Below are positions 13,609-30,090 of a DNA stretch of 64,000 bases, one piece after another. This stretch comes from Eledone cirrhosa (lineage: Eukaryota). The notes below the pieces were generated by a model. It saw nothing but the letters and a program-made list of their open reading frames with translations. It did not search any database and was not told where the DNA came from. The translations under genes were made by a program, and so were the position numbers. The DNA is taken from contig CAXHJY010000967.1 of NCBI GenBank assembly GCA_964016885.1, forward strand, positions 135,354 through 199,353, given 5' to 3'. Within the stretch, counting starts at the first letter, position 1, and each line of letters begins with the position of its first letter.

Positions 13609-13615
13609 GAGACAA
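11738..13615 (-). CDS. RTE-type reverse transcriptase (625 aa, N-terminally truncated) with an internal PHD finger
   Basis: Motifs KAAGP, NYRGI, QFGF, FVDLEKAFD, GVHQGSVLSP, LYADD, FRYLG and RRLRWYGHV. A C4HC3 finger sits between KTKVL and FRYLG. Confidence 0.9.
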   Translation of the reverse strand: MSHWCFRIARQCVKENRDIVGEKCVLNDDGILAITDADKKVAWKCLYERLLNEENKWEKDSLPHIDPIEGPAVLVEGSIISKAIKDMKTGKAAGPSEIVAEMLKASGTVGHTMVTRIVNQVVQNGVVPKDWHSSIIVNCYKGKGDTLDRSNYRGINLTDQVMKVTEKVIAQLIRERIHLDEMQFGFVSGKSTTDALFIVRQLQEKYLAKGKPLYLAFVDLEKAFDRVPRSIIWWALRKLGVDEWLVRAIQAMYKETVSKVRINNEYSEEFSVKVGVHQGSVLSPLLFIIALQAITEEFKTGCPWELLYADDLTLIAESMAELKKKFQTWKHGLESKGLKINLAKTKVLVCRKENKAAVPSGKWSCSVCRKGVGRNSILCPKCKVWVHKRCSGITGKLTKNIDFTCGRCSGAVSSSKCPQNTSSFNCAEGSIEIVDSFRYLGDKISSGGGCSESTVARVRTGWKKFRELIPLLAAKGFSLKMKGRLYDACIRTAMLHGSETWALCAEDIRRLERNEACMLRWMCNSNIRERQSINELRKKLEIRGIRCCLLERRLRWYGHVMRMKVDSCITKCRAIKIDGSHGIGRPRKTWDELINSDLTHLHLSKTMSLDRDLWRYSVTEKTRLT

Positions 13616-13845
13616 ATGTGATAGGAGAAATTCAAATAAATGATAATGCTATCAATGATCACAATGTAGAAAAAGAAAATGCGTCACCAGCGTGATCAAG
13701 GATAAAATTTAGTGAACAATTTATAGACAGAACACTTTTCATGAAGAGTTGAGGGGAGGATAAATTAATTAATCAGATTCTTAAAACTTTGTTGCAGCTG
13801 GCAATAAACTTAACCTACTTATACCTGGTCCTCACCATATAAATA

Positions 13846-14004
13846 CAGTGAAGTTCCGTCATAACGAAATTCATGGAGTATAAAGTGAAATTTGTTGTAA
13901 CGAGATCGGCCTAACACATTGAGCGTGTGGCCGAAGATTAAAAAAAATTTTGTTATACTAAAAAATTCATCATAATGGTATTTGTTATAACGGAATTTTA
14001 TCTG
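13846..14004. mobile_element. Pogo/Tigger-like MITE
   Basis: TA-cagtgaagttccgtcataacgaa ... tttgttataacggaattttatctg-TA, imperfect TIRs of about 24 bp. Confidence 0.7.
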
Positions 14005-14525
14005 TATATAAAAAATAGGTAACCCAAGTAATTTTCATGGTTTCACCTGTCTGTACCTAACAATTGATTACACCTATCAGAACCTACATTAAATTAACCT
14101 ACACATGTCATTACTATAATTACAGACTATAACATTCAGTATTTAGGACATTAAGTGTCATATTGTGTATATTTTTAATAACTAAAAAAAAATATCTTAC
14201 TTTACAGTAAAGAAGAAAAGGTATTTTGGGTCTTTTCATTTACATTCAAGCAATTAAAATTAGTGTCTACAGAAATAAAACCACAAACTTAAAATCCTTA
14301 GTAATTTATGAAAAATATATGTAAAAAATACTTGATAAGTACCAGACAAATTAAAATTCCTATATACTGTATATACTCATATTCAAGTCACATTGCTTTG
14401 CATTTATAATATTGTGACTTTAGGCTTTAACCCATACATAGTTACAATTAGCTTTTCATAAATACTATCAGCAACTTCGCATGCAGGTGCATTTAAAAAA
14501 ATGCTGAGATAATCCAAATCATTAG

Positions 14526-14642
14526 AAATACAGTCAACAAAGTCCTGGAACCATAGATATCATTAAATACAGTCAACAAAGTCCTGGAACCATAGATATC
14601 ATTAAATACAGTCAACAAAGTCCTGGAACCATAGATATCATT
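14526..14642. repeat. Perfect 39-bp x3 minisatellite
   Basis: aaatacagtcaacaaagtcctggaaccatagatatcatt repeated three times. Confidence 0.95.
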
Positions 14643-16491
14643 GCCATGTGTTTCTATGATCTATACCTGTAATGAACACATTAACCAATGCTTTTAAATT
14701 ACAACTCCTGATTCACTCACAATAGATGTAACATTGACAGTGTTGGATTTAGGACAAATGAGGCCCTATGCTAGTTAAGTTGAGGTCCCTTACTTGGGGC
14801 CTGAAGGAGGTAAAAAATATTTTTGGCAAGAAGATGGGTCTCCTGACCAACAAGGCCCTGTGGTTAAGTACACCTAAGCACAATGGTAATTCCAGCACTG
14901 AACATTGGGTAATAGGATTACAGCTGACTGATAGAGATTTGTGCATGTTTCATACACATGGAAAATGTGCATATATAAATTCATGAGACTACATATCATA
15001 GGTGCATTTGTTTTGTAGCAGAATTGAATTCTGCTTGTCATTTCAATAGAAGACGTTATTAACATATATTCGTTTACAACGCTGATATTCATATAGACCG
15101 AGGAGTGATGAGATCAAGCCTGCCCTACATTTCCAATCATTTGTCAGTATATGTATGTTAGCACATGATGCATATTTTGAGCCCAGAGTAAGGTTCAATA
15201 GATAAGTCATATGAGGTTTTTGGTGTTTTATCTTCAAGTATATACAGTAAATAGAACACATACTATAAGATTTATTATCTTAAATAAGTGATATTAGTTA
15301 CTGGATATCTAGACATACTTTTCAGTTTATAAATTTTAGATGAGATACTCTATAGTGCCAATTAAATGTATAACATTAAAAAAAACATAATTATAAAGAT
15401 AATTAACAAATTTGGGTTATGTCACGCATTCATTTTTGGTTTACCTTTAATGATAATATCGATTTATAAAAAACTTTTTGGGGGGGAGGGGGTTCTTTTA
15501 TGATCTTAATGCAGAAATGAGAAGCATTGAGCTAATGACTAAAGTATTTATTACAACTTACTACCATCTAATAATCCCACTGATATTATAATAATTATGA
15601 TATCCTTGCCTAAACATAAAGTGTTTTTTACTTTAGTAATGTTGCTTGAAGTATCCTCAGTGTACTATTTCAATTATTTTAAGTACTGAAAGCAAAGACA
15701 ACCTCTGTGTATTATTTGAACTCTGAACAGCAAAACAGTAGGTTAGATATTGCAAACCAAGTTTAGCTTCCATAGGTTTTGGCTATCTCCAATAATAATT
15801 TATATATTAAGCAAAAGGTAGCACATGAATAGGTGATGTTAAATAACCCGTTGGATAATTGCGGCACCATCAAAAACTGTGTGTGCAGTGTAGCTAAGGC
15901 AAACTGAATGTAAATAATAATAACAATAACAACATCAACATTGTTCTAATGTGCATAAAATATAACAAATCAGCTTTAATTTTTCATTTGCTTACATCAA
16001 GTGCTTTAGCAATTTAAAAAGGAAAATTAGAAACAAGTCACAAAATTAATTAAACCCTTCCTAAATGAAGTTAATATTTGAGAATTTGAAGAAAAGAAAT
16101 GAAAACACCAAAAATGCCAATACCAAATCACCACTTGACATACACTGAATGCTTAATAAATGCTTAATCAACAATATTTTTAGCGAAATAATAAGAACTA
16201 CAAAAATAGAATTGTTCAACAGCCGCTGAAAAAAGCTATATGATCTAGAACTTTCTAAGAAATAATCACAGAAAGATGAAGACAAGAAAGAAAAATGATG
16301 AAAATCAGAAATTTCCAATAGAAATAAATACACCCTGGCTTGTGCTCATGCTGGAATAAATATAATGAAGCCTGTGTATTTGTGTGTTTGCTAAGGCATA
16401 TTGAACATGGGACATTTGGCTGGTTACTGGACTTGCAACATTGAGAGCTAAGTTCAAGCCAATCTATTGCTGCTATGTGAGTGGTACAGAC

Positions 16492-16560
16492 CTTGGGCAA
16501 GACTATCACAGCTCCCTCGCCGATGGAAGTTAGTAAGACTGCAGTCATAATCCCATTTCA
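16492..16560 (-). CDS. Candidate 69-nt phase-1/phase-1 cassette exon in the MKK7-like intron (L)KWDYDCSLTNFHRRGSCDSLAQ
   Basis: Acceptor ctctattttttctttaccag and donor CAAG|GTCTGT. The exon is open in the exon-1 phase, its length is divisible by 3, and it is unique non-repeat sequence. Confidence 0.35.
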
Positions 16561-16839
16561 CTGGTAAAGAAAAAATAGAGACAGCATCTTTCCATCATTC
16601 TAAACATACTCAGCACTTTAATGTAACCTCAGAAATTGCATTACATGAAGCTGTGCAGTATTTCAGCCAATCAGAAAAAAAGAAAATTTCATCTGATAGG
16701 CATCATGTGATGTAGTGAAAACAGGGACAAAGCTGTGTTTACATTTATAATTATATAGTGAGAAACAATTGCAATACTGAATTCTCAAATGAAGTCGGAT
16801 TATATATGCACGTATATATACATATGTATATTTTTATAT

Positions 16840-21132
<4,293 letters not shown>

Positions 21133-21627
21133 AAATTTTAAAATGGATTGAGATTACTTTTTCAATACTTTCTGAGGCTAATGAAATGTACCAAAAACCA
21201 TACATTAATATACTGAGTCAACTTTTCACTTAATACTTAATATTCTGATGCAAGTTAATAAATAGAGGGAACATTAATTATTCCGCCAAATTTTGATCTG
21301 CCAACAAAAAGGTAGAATGGCAATATTGGTATGATTAATTGAGATTAATTTGAAAAGTATGTTGTTGTTTTTCTTTCCTATAATGGAAACATTCTACATT
21401 TCAAGTTATTTTACACTTGGTTATAAATATGAGATTGGTAAAACATTAAATCTTTTTCACAATTAATATATAATTAATTTATTAAAGTATAATGATCTTA
21501 AACAAACTCGGAAACACAAAACTTGCCCTGCAATTGGGTGGAATTTAACTGGAAGGCAGAAACTGGAAACACCTTGAAATAAATATGAACAAGAGAAAAG
21601 GTAAGAAAAAGGGAAGGTGGCACTTAC

Positions 21628-21654
21628 TTGTTAGAATTCAATGATGTGAAGTGT
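21628..21654 (-). other. Candidate 27-nt microexon
   Basis: A ~140-nt pyrimidine-rich tract ends ...tttcacctctccag|, followed by ACACTTCACATCATTGAATTCTAACAA and a perfect donor |GTAAGT. The exon is open only in phase 2. Confidence 0.4.
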
Positions 21655-22532
21655 CTGGAGAGGTGAAATTGATGCCAGTAAGGGGCAGTAGGTGGCAAAA
21701 GGTGAGAGAAACAAGACAAAAAGGAAAGAGAAATGAAGGGAGAGAGAGAGAGAAAGAGTGAGAAAGGTGGGGTGGAGAGAGAGAAAAGTATAAAAAACCC
21801 AGCAAGATGCAGCAATTGACAAACCTAGTATACAGTTGACAGCATTTTACCGAAAACTATTAGTAAGTAACCTCAAAGTTTAAAAACCATGGCTACTTAA
21901 TTCTAAAAACTAAATATTAATCACAATGCACCTATATATGTGTGTGTATATATATATACAGGATGCTATTTTTCCATATTTAATGAATTTAATATATAAA
22001 GATACAACAGTGACCACATACAAGCTCTCCAATATTTCAATTCTATTAATGAAATAAGGAAATACAAAGGAATATCAGCATATCTACTACTAAAGTAATA
22101 GCAAGAAATTATTTTTATAAATTTATGAAGTCAACACCAAGTTGCAGATAAATAGTTTATAAAACAATATTATGAAATTATATTCAAAAACAAACTGACT
22201 CCACAAACCCAAACATAATCTTGTTTTAAGAAAACATTTCATGAAATGAAATTCCTAGAGTTCCTTTAGATAAGTTGAAGATGATATAAAATATTTTCTT
22301 AATGCTTACAAAATATACTAGAAAATTTGCTAAGATATTTTTTATTAATATGTCTATTAAATTGAAAACAGCATATTTATTGATACAAATTTGTGGAATA
22401 TTATTGTTTGTTTTTTGATGAATTTTATAACAAATTTTCATTAAATCTGTTTCAAAGTTGAATTTTTTTTGTGAAGGCTTTATGTTGGTTGACTATTTCG
22501 ATGACAAGAGCTTTGTAATGACAGCTACACCA

Positions 22533-22602
22533 CACTAATGAAGAACTGCACTACACTGTACTAGTTACACTAATGAAGAACTGCACTACACTGTACTAGT
22601 TA
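22533..22602. repeat. 35-bp x2 tandem duplication
   Basis: cactaatgaagaactgcactacactgtactagtta occurs twice. Confidence 0.9.
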
Positions 22603-24513
22603 AACTTGCTTTTGTTTTAAAAGTTTACAGATTAAATTATTTGTTTTAATAATATGGAGAACAGCCTAAGCAAGAATAGTGATAATTATAGAAGGTAATT
22701 TTTTACATATCTTTAAAAATGAATATGAACTTTTCAAAACATCCTTTTTCTTAAATTAAAAAAACGACCAAAGGACTAAACCAATTTATTTCTTTGTTAG
22801 ACTTTTCAATATAACTTCAAGATACAGGGTCTGACTAGTGAGGATTCTTCAAAGAAAAGAATAGATTTGGTTCTAAATGTAAAGTATATTAAATAATTAA
22901 ATACAGAGAGAATACCTTACATTAAAATTGACACAATATCCAATACATATAACTGAGATGCGATAAGCAGCAATATTTTCTCTAGTGGCAACCTGGTGCA
23001 TTTGGTAAAGACCCAGGTTTCATTGCCCGACAAGTTGAAGATAGCAGGCTGTTGTTGTACCAGCCACTTTTTCATAGATTTGTTGTTGAAACCTATATGG
23101 GTGTAGACTTCTGGTGCTTTTGGTCCCCTAACTACCTCTCTACACACTGTTATTGGGGGAAGTAGAAGGGGGAGATTTGGCAATCAACAGGAGTAAGCCC
23201 CAAGAGTTGGAACATTGCCCTCGCTATCCTCTGGGGTAACACTATTCTGTTCGCTGAAACCATGAAGCAGCATGCACCTCAGGTTCTGGGTGTTGGAGAA
23301 GGTTTTCCCACATTGTCCAGAGGAAAATAATGGAAATATATTGCACTGAAGTGTAAATCTTCATACATAAATTCTGTTCCCTTATATAAAAAAATAAATC
23401 AAAATTATGAGCTTTTGATGTTAAAGTATATAAAAAAAAACAACTGTGATAATGATAACAAGGGTTTAATCTTAATGACATCATTAACAACCTTTATTAT
23501 CATTATTATTATTATTAAATGTGCTCTCTTATATACACTTTTAATCATAGTTATTATCCAATCTAATTGGCTAAAAGAATTATGTAAAATAATTAAGTTA
23601 TTAGCCATGAAAGGAATGAACTGGAAGAATTTTGAAGAATTGCAATTAATAGTTTTATTATATTCTGAGAACATAATTTTTAATATATTGGATAACAAAA
23701 GATTAAATGTTGAAAATTGATTTTATAATCTACACAGGATAATTTTATGTATTTCAGGTTAGCAATTATTATTGGTGGATTGGCAGTATTGGTAGAGAGT
23801 CGGACACCATGCTTTGACGCATAGAGTTACGGCTCTTGCCATTCTGAGTTCAAACCCCGCCGAGGTCAACTTTGCCTTTCATCCTTACGGGGTCGATAAA
23901 ATAAAGTACCAGTAATGTACTGGGTAATTGCTGGCTTTGTGCCAAAAGTAGAAACAATTATTATTTTTGTTGTCCTACTTTAATAAATAATCAGGTTTAT
24001 AAAAGGCAATGAACTTTAGAGTTTTCTCGAAAGAAACAAAAACCAGAATAACTCATTAAACTTAGCCTACTATCAACTATTACTAAAATTATTTAAAAAT
24101 AAACAATGAACCTCATATATCTTTCATTTTAATTCTAATTTAAAACACTGTTGATGTCATACCTTCATCATCATTTCTATCTTCCCTAGTATGAAAATAT
24201 CTGTTCATAACTCAACTTTTGTCAAATATGTCAATATTGTTATTCAGTATTGTTAGAGTCGGACGCCATGCTCTGCAGCATGGAGTTACGGGCCTTTATG
24301 ATCTGAGTTCAAATCATGCGGAGCTTAACTTTGCCTTTCATCCTTACAGGGTCGATAAAATAAAGTACCAGTAATACACTGGGATAATTGCTGGCCTTGT
24401 GCCAAAAGTAGAAAGAATAGTTATTCAGTAGCCTCAGTAATAGTTGTGTGAGATGTAGTATGACTGCCTATATTGCATCTGTTTTGCTGTCAAGTCAATT
24501 CATATATCATTAA

Positions 24514-24731
24514 CCTTTTTGATACCAAACCACCTGAAACCAAGTCATGTGATACAAACAAGTTATCTTCAAGTGTTTACATTTATCTAAAAAAACAAAC
24601 TTTGTAGGAACCTTTGTTAAGTTATGCTTCAAACACTAGCTAAATAATTAGAGCATTATATTGCTAAATCCCTCCATATTCTTAATTATTTGAAAATCAT
24701 AGAGTGTCTTACAAATATGGTAACAAAAAGG
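24514..24731. mobile_element. TTAA-flanked MITE, family B (other copies at about 26600-26830 and 56701-56957)
   Basis: TTAA-cctttttgatacc ... ggtaacaaaaagg-TTAA, with three homologous copies in the window. Confidence 0.7.
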
Positions 24732-25169
24732 TTAAAGATTCTAGTAGAGGTTTTCACAAAGACAAGTGAAGTAAATTGAATTCAGAACAGCCTTACTGGG
24801 CAGCTCAGGATAGAATTAAGACTCAGTGTAGCAAATATTACAATGTAAGCATCATCCTAATTTTTACATCTGCATTTCCATACTGGCTTGTGGAAAAGAT
24901 GTTTAGATACATTGTTTTACAGCTGGATGTCTTATCTGCCATCAAACCTTTTAGTTTGCCTCCTGCAGTCATTTTATTAAATATGGTTATTTTATATTCA
25001 TGGTTAATAAAAGATAGTATTAGTAGTAGTCTTCTGAAGTATCACTGATACATTTAGAAGTGTGTAGTTGGTGGCACATGTAGTTGTAGGAATTATATAA
25101 GTTGGAACTGACTCTACCATGAACTATGACCTCTGAATTTGTAAATGGTTGTTATTATGTATGTTGTAT

Positions 25170-26330
25170 ATAGGTAGAATGAGTAGTATGGGCTTACATC
25201 AGAGATGGTCACTGAGATGCTAAAAATATCTAGCAAAAAAAGAGTGAAGTTAATTACTCACGCCATCAACCAGGTAATACATGATGGTATCATACCCAAT
25301 GACTAGATTAGCAGTATCATAATAAACTGCTACAAAATAAAGGAGGTACTCTGGAAAGAAACAACTATAAAGGCATCAAACCATATTTTTAGTGAGACAA
25401 CTAGAAAAGAAGTTCCTAGCTAAGAGTAAACCACTAAATTTAGCTTCCATTGATCTGAACACCATGAACTGTAGTTTGAAAACTAGATGTAGATTAATGG
25501 CTTGCGAGAGCCAAGCCATGTACAGAGATGTCAGTAAAATGAGAAGTAGTATTCAGTGTCCATCAAGACTCAGTTCTCAACTTGCCCCTGTTCGTTATAA
25601 TTTAGCAGGCTATCTGTGGATACTATGGAGAAGAAATTCTAAACATGGAACCAAAAGGCCTGATTAAAATTAGCAAACATCAAAATGTTGTGAAGTAGGA
25701 AAGATAACAGGACCCTACTGTTATCAAAGAAATGGCCTTGCTCAATGTGCAGAAAAGAAATAAGGAGAAATTCCATAAGCTATAGTTGTACAAGAGGTGT
25801 AATTATATCACAAGCTGACTAATAGAAAAAAAAAGAAAGTGTGTGGTGGTAGATGCATGAAGGTAATTGATTAGTATTTCCCAATCCAAGGAAGGGTCCA
25901 TAGAGGTAGCTGATAGCTTCTGTGGCGTAGGTGACCAAATTAACAGTAGAAGGTCCTCTGAAAGCATAGTTGGCAGGCAAAGAACAAGGTTTAAAAAGTT
26001 CAAGGATCTATTACTTCTGTTGGCAATGGAGGGATTCTCTCTTCATGAGTAGGGTAGATTGTATGATGTCTGTGTGCATAGAGCAAAGTTGCATTGTTGT
26101 GAAATGTATGAAACGAATGCAGAGATAATGCAAAGGCTTGAAAGAAATGAATGAAGCATGCTCCATTCAATGTGCAATACTAAATATGCATGAATGATAA
26201 AGCACAGATGAGTTAAGAGAAAAACTTGGATTGAGAGAAATCAGATACAGTGTGCAAGAGAAAGAATTGCACTGGTACGGGCATGTAATGTGCATGGATG
26301 AAGATCAGTGGGTGAAGAAATACCAAGAAA
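25170..26330 (+). mobile_element. Heavily decayed RTE LINE
   Basis: Remnants VRQLEKKFLAKSKPL, EGSIEVADSF and LHWYGHVM. Confidence 0.8.
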
Positions 26331-28318
26331 ATCAACATAGTGTATACATTAAAAAAAGAAGATCTGGTGATAGCTAAGAAGATTAGGTCAAAAATATAAA
26401 GTACTGCAATATATGCAACATTTTTTAAAAATTTTCAGTAGATATTTGACTTTGGAAAAAGATTGTACAACAATATCCTATAGATGTTTGAAGTCGAGCT
26501 AAATGTTACTAATGTGTATAAAAGATGAAAATTATATGAAATATAATAGACTCTCAGATTGACACGACTAACAATAAATGGACACTTTAAGTACATTAAC
26601 TCTTTTGATACCAAACCACCTCTCTTTCAATGATACAAAACTGTTTGTTTTAAAGTATTTATATTTATCTCAAAACCTCCAATCATGATTTTATGCAAGA
26701 ACCTTTAAGTTATATTCCAAACAACAGAAAGTTAATTGTATTACTAAATTCCTCAAAATTGTAGATTATTTTCAAAGGGACTTGAAAATCATAGGCAGTG
26801 TCTTTCATTAGAAATATGATGAGATAAGAGTTCAATTGTAGCTGAAAGTTTGATTTTATGGTTTGTTTGATGAGGTAGATAATCTTGTCTCTTGCAAGAT
26901 TAAATCAACAATGTGGTGAACCAACAATATTTCTCTCAGAGAAAATGTTTGTAGTGACTAAAAGAACTTTAGGGACTTTTTGAGTAATAGTAACAGATTC
27001 TTTCTGATCATAAAACAATGTTTATAGTATCAGAAGTGTGATGTCAAATGGCAGTAAGATATGACTACAAAAGATAGATTATTAATTGCTGTTGAGGAAT
27101 CGGTTGAATATAATTTTCTGAGTGTAGGAAGAGAAGCTGCATGGTTTAGTGGTTAGGGTGTTCAGCTTATGGTCATAAGGTCATGAGTTTGAGTCCTTGA
27201 GCAAAACACTATCCACATTACTCTAGTTAACTCAGGTGATTGAAAGGGCCAACCTTCACAGACTGCAGCATGCTGAATGTCAGTCACGTGTACATTAATC
27301 TGATGAGCAGGTTGTTCTGTTGATCAACCAGTGGAAGACTCATTGTAAGAGAGGTCCAACAACACAGAAAGACAGACTGAGTAATAGATAAGTTAGGAAA
27401 AAATATATGAGAGTGAAGCAAATTTGATGTTTTGGAACAGTGATACGTATGGATTAATATGGATTAATACATGCTAAAAAATGGAGGATGAACTAGTCCT
27501 ACTTTTTTCTGTCTCTAGGGGCTTATATGCCCAACTTATTAAACTGATTTTCATAGTTGAAAAACGTGTTGAAGTCATTAACTCTAAGTTGACCTAATAT
27601 TCAAAAATTTGTAACTCACTCATTGGTTCTAAAAATAGATGGTTTATTTACATTTGTGGCTGATTGAAAAGCTTAAAAAAGAGAAAGGTGTGGCCACCTC
27701 ACTTTGGTGTAATGGAAGCACAGCTACATGGCATACAGCAGGTATGAGTTTGAGTCATACAGGTGACACTGTTCATTTTTTTCATCTCCCAGGGCTTACA
27801 CGCCCAATTTATTAGACTGTTTTCCATAGTCTAAAAGTGTGTGTTGAAGCTGTTAACTCTGAGTTAACTTAATATTCAAATATCTGATTTTCTCCCTAAG
27901 GATCAACCCATCCTACCCATGCTAGTATGGAAGATGGATGTTAAATGACAATGATGATGATATATATATGTATATATATATATATATGATGTGTGTGTGT
28001 ATATATATATGTATATATATATTATGTTGGTACCATAAAACATCCAGCCCACACTGTAAAGTGGTTGTGTAGGTGTCACGTAAAAGCACCCAGCCCACAC
28101 TGTCAATGTGGTGCGCGTTAGGAAGGGCATCCAGCTGTAGAAAACCAGCCAGAAAAGTCCTATATGAGCGAGAGATGGTCACCCAACCCAACTTGCCTCT
28201 AAATGGGACAAACCTGTCTAACCCATGCTAACGTGGAAGACAGATGTTAAATGATGATATATATATATATATATATTAATTCAAAATATTAATAAATATA
28301 GACATTCACGTAATCAAA

Positions 28319-28389
28319 ATATATTTTATTATATATATTTCGGAGGTACTGTGCTTTTTTTCAGTACGTCCTCATCAGATAAAATATAT
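28319..28389 (-). ncRNA. Minimal type-I hammerhead ribozyme, complete core (Penelope/retrozyme type)
   Basis: Minus strand reads atatattttat-CTGATGA-ggacgtactg(aaaaaaagca)cagtacctcc-GAAA-tatata-TA-ataaaatatat. This gives an 11-bp stem I, a stem II with 9 of 10 pairs, and a 2-bp stem III with a palindromic AUAU loop; the cleavage triplet is AUA. Confidence 0.8.
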
Positions 28390-29141
28390 AAATTGATGTA
28401 CTGAAAAAACAGGACAGTACCTCCGACATATATCATCATCATCATCATTTCATTTTACGTCCGCTTTTTCCCTGCTTGCAAGGGTGGGGCGGGAACTGAT
28501 TGTGGCTTGATTTCTACAGCTTGATGCCCTTCCTAACACCAACCTCATTTACAGTGAGTGCTGGGTGTTTTTTGCCATGGCACCTGCACGATCACTTTGC
28601 AGTAGAATGATATGGACCCCAGTCCCTATCATCTCATTTCTACAGCTGAGTAAACTGGAGCAATGTGAAATAAAGTGTCTTGCTCAAGGAAACAACACAT
28701 CACCCGGTCTGAGAATTAAACTCACAACCTTTCGATTGCAAGGCCAATGCTCTAACCACTAAGCCATGTGCCTCCATTGTCTATATTTATTAATATTTTG
28801 AATTAATATTAATAACTCAAGAAAACTTTTTTGTTGAGTGCTTCTAATCTATTGTAAAACTATATTCATTGATTAATCAATGAACCTTGTTTAACTTTTG
28901 GTTATATATATATAATGAGAGGTACACACATATGTGCATACATACATACACATGTATATATACACATATACTTTTTCACAAGTATGTGAGATTGTGTGTT
29001 GTCGACCTTAACCAGTGTTGCTCTATGATTATGAGAGACAAGATAATCGAAGTAATTAAATTGAATCGATATCAGAGCTATGTAACAATTATAAAGTAAG
29101 AAGAAATAGTAGACACAGATATATACCTATTCTTTCTTCAG

Positions 29142-29382
29142 AAATCCTAGTCATTTAGAACATTTAGGGTACATAATTCTTGTTAGTGTCATAGGTAACA
29201 TGTGGAGAGTCAGGAGTTAAAAAGATGTTCTGCTTAAAAGAACACAATTACAGGCAGCACTGGTTGAAAGTGTGTGCTGCCTGTAATTGTGTTCTTTTAA
29301 GCAGAACATCTTTTTAACTCCTGACTCTCCACATGTTACCTATGACACTAACAACAATTATGTACCCTAATGACTAGGATTT
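29142..29382. repeat. Fold-back palindrome, arms 119 and 109 nt with a 13-nt spacer
   Basis: Arms 29142-29260 and 29274-29382 are reverse complements apart from about 1 substitution and a 10-nt indel. Confidence 0.95.
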
Positions 29383-29407
29383 TAGTAACATGTTTCGACA
29401 TTCCCTA

Positions 29408-29454
29408 TGCTCCGATGATTCCAAACTTCCCTCTGGAAGAAACAATTGTCAGCA
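29408..29454 (+). ncRNA. Minimal type-I hammerhead ribozyme motif with a U4C core change
   Basis: Reads tgct-CCGATGA-ttcca(aacttccctc)tggaa-GAAA-caattg-TC-agca. Stems I, II and III all pair, loop III is palindromic AAUU and the cleavage triplet is GUC. One core substitution. Confidence 0.6.
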
Positions 29455-29494
29455 AATAAATGTTCTAAACTAAAATTTGATCGTTTTAACACTT

Positions 29495-29533
<39 letters not shown>

Positions 29534-30037
29534 AAATGAGGAGAAGAATACTGCATGGTTGCACATGGATAACATGTTATAAAATGAGTCCCTGATCAGT
29601 GATTTACCAACGGTCATAGGTATTTCATTGCATTAAAAATCATATACCTCACGTTGGCGCAATAATAACTAAAATAAGTTATTAGGACAATTAAAACGCG
29701 TAAAGCGAGTGAGACAAGTAAACAACAAAGAGGAAAGCTAACCGAAGATAGGAAAAGACACAAACTACATAGTTATTCTATCAGTATAAGCTGGGTGAAT
29801 ATATGAGCGAGTAGAAAATAGACCTTTCGAGATGAATCCGATGTAAGAAAGAAGGAATCGTTAACGTCGCGAAAGGGGGGAAGTGAGAAGGGGAGAAACA
29901 GTGAGTGAGTGAGTGGAAGTGTGAGGAAGAGGTCAGTAGAGAGAAAGTGTTAACTGACATGACAGAGGGGACGAAAGAAAGTAAGTGAAACAGAGAGAAC
30001 GAGGGAGCAGTAAGAGAGAGAGAGAGAGAGAGAGAAA

Positions 30038-30081
<44 letters not shown>

Positions 30082-30090
30082 CTTTCAATC

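Noticed and set aside
14526-14642. 39-bp repeats of CRISPR-like length
   Set aside because: Head-to-tail with no spacers, no cas genes, and eukaryotic context.
27517-27880. Two diverged ~90-bp direct repeats about 275 bp apart
   Set aside because: An old local duplication or repeat fragment with no LTR hallmarks (no PBS, PPT or TSD).
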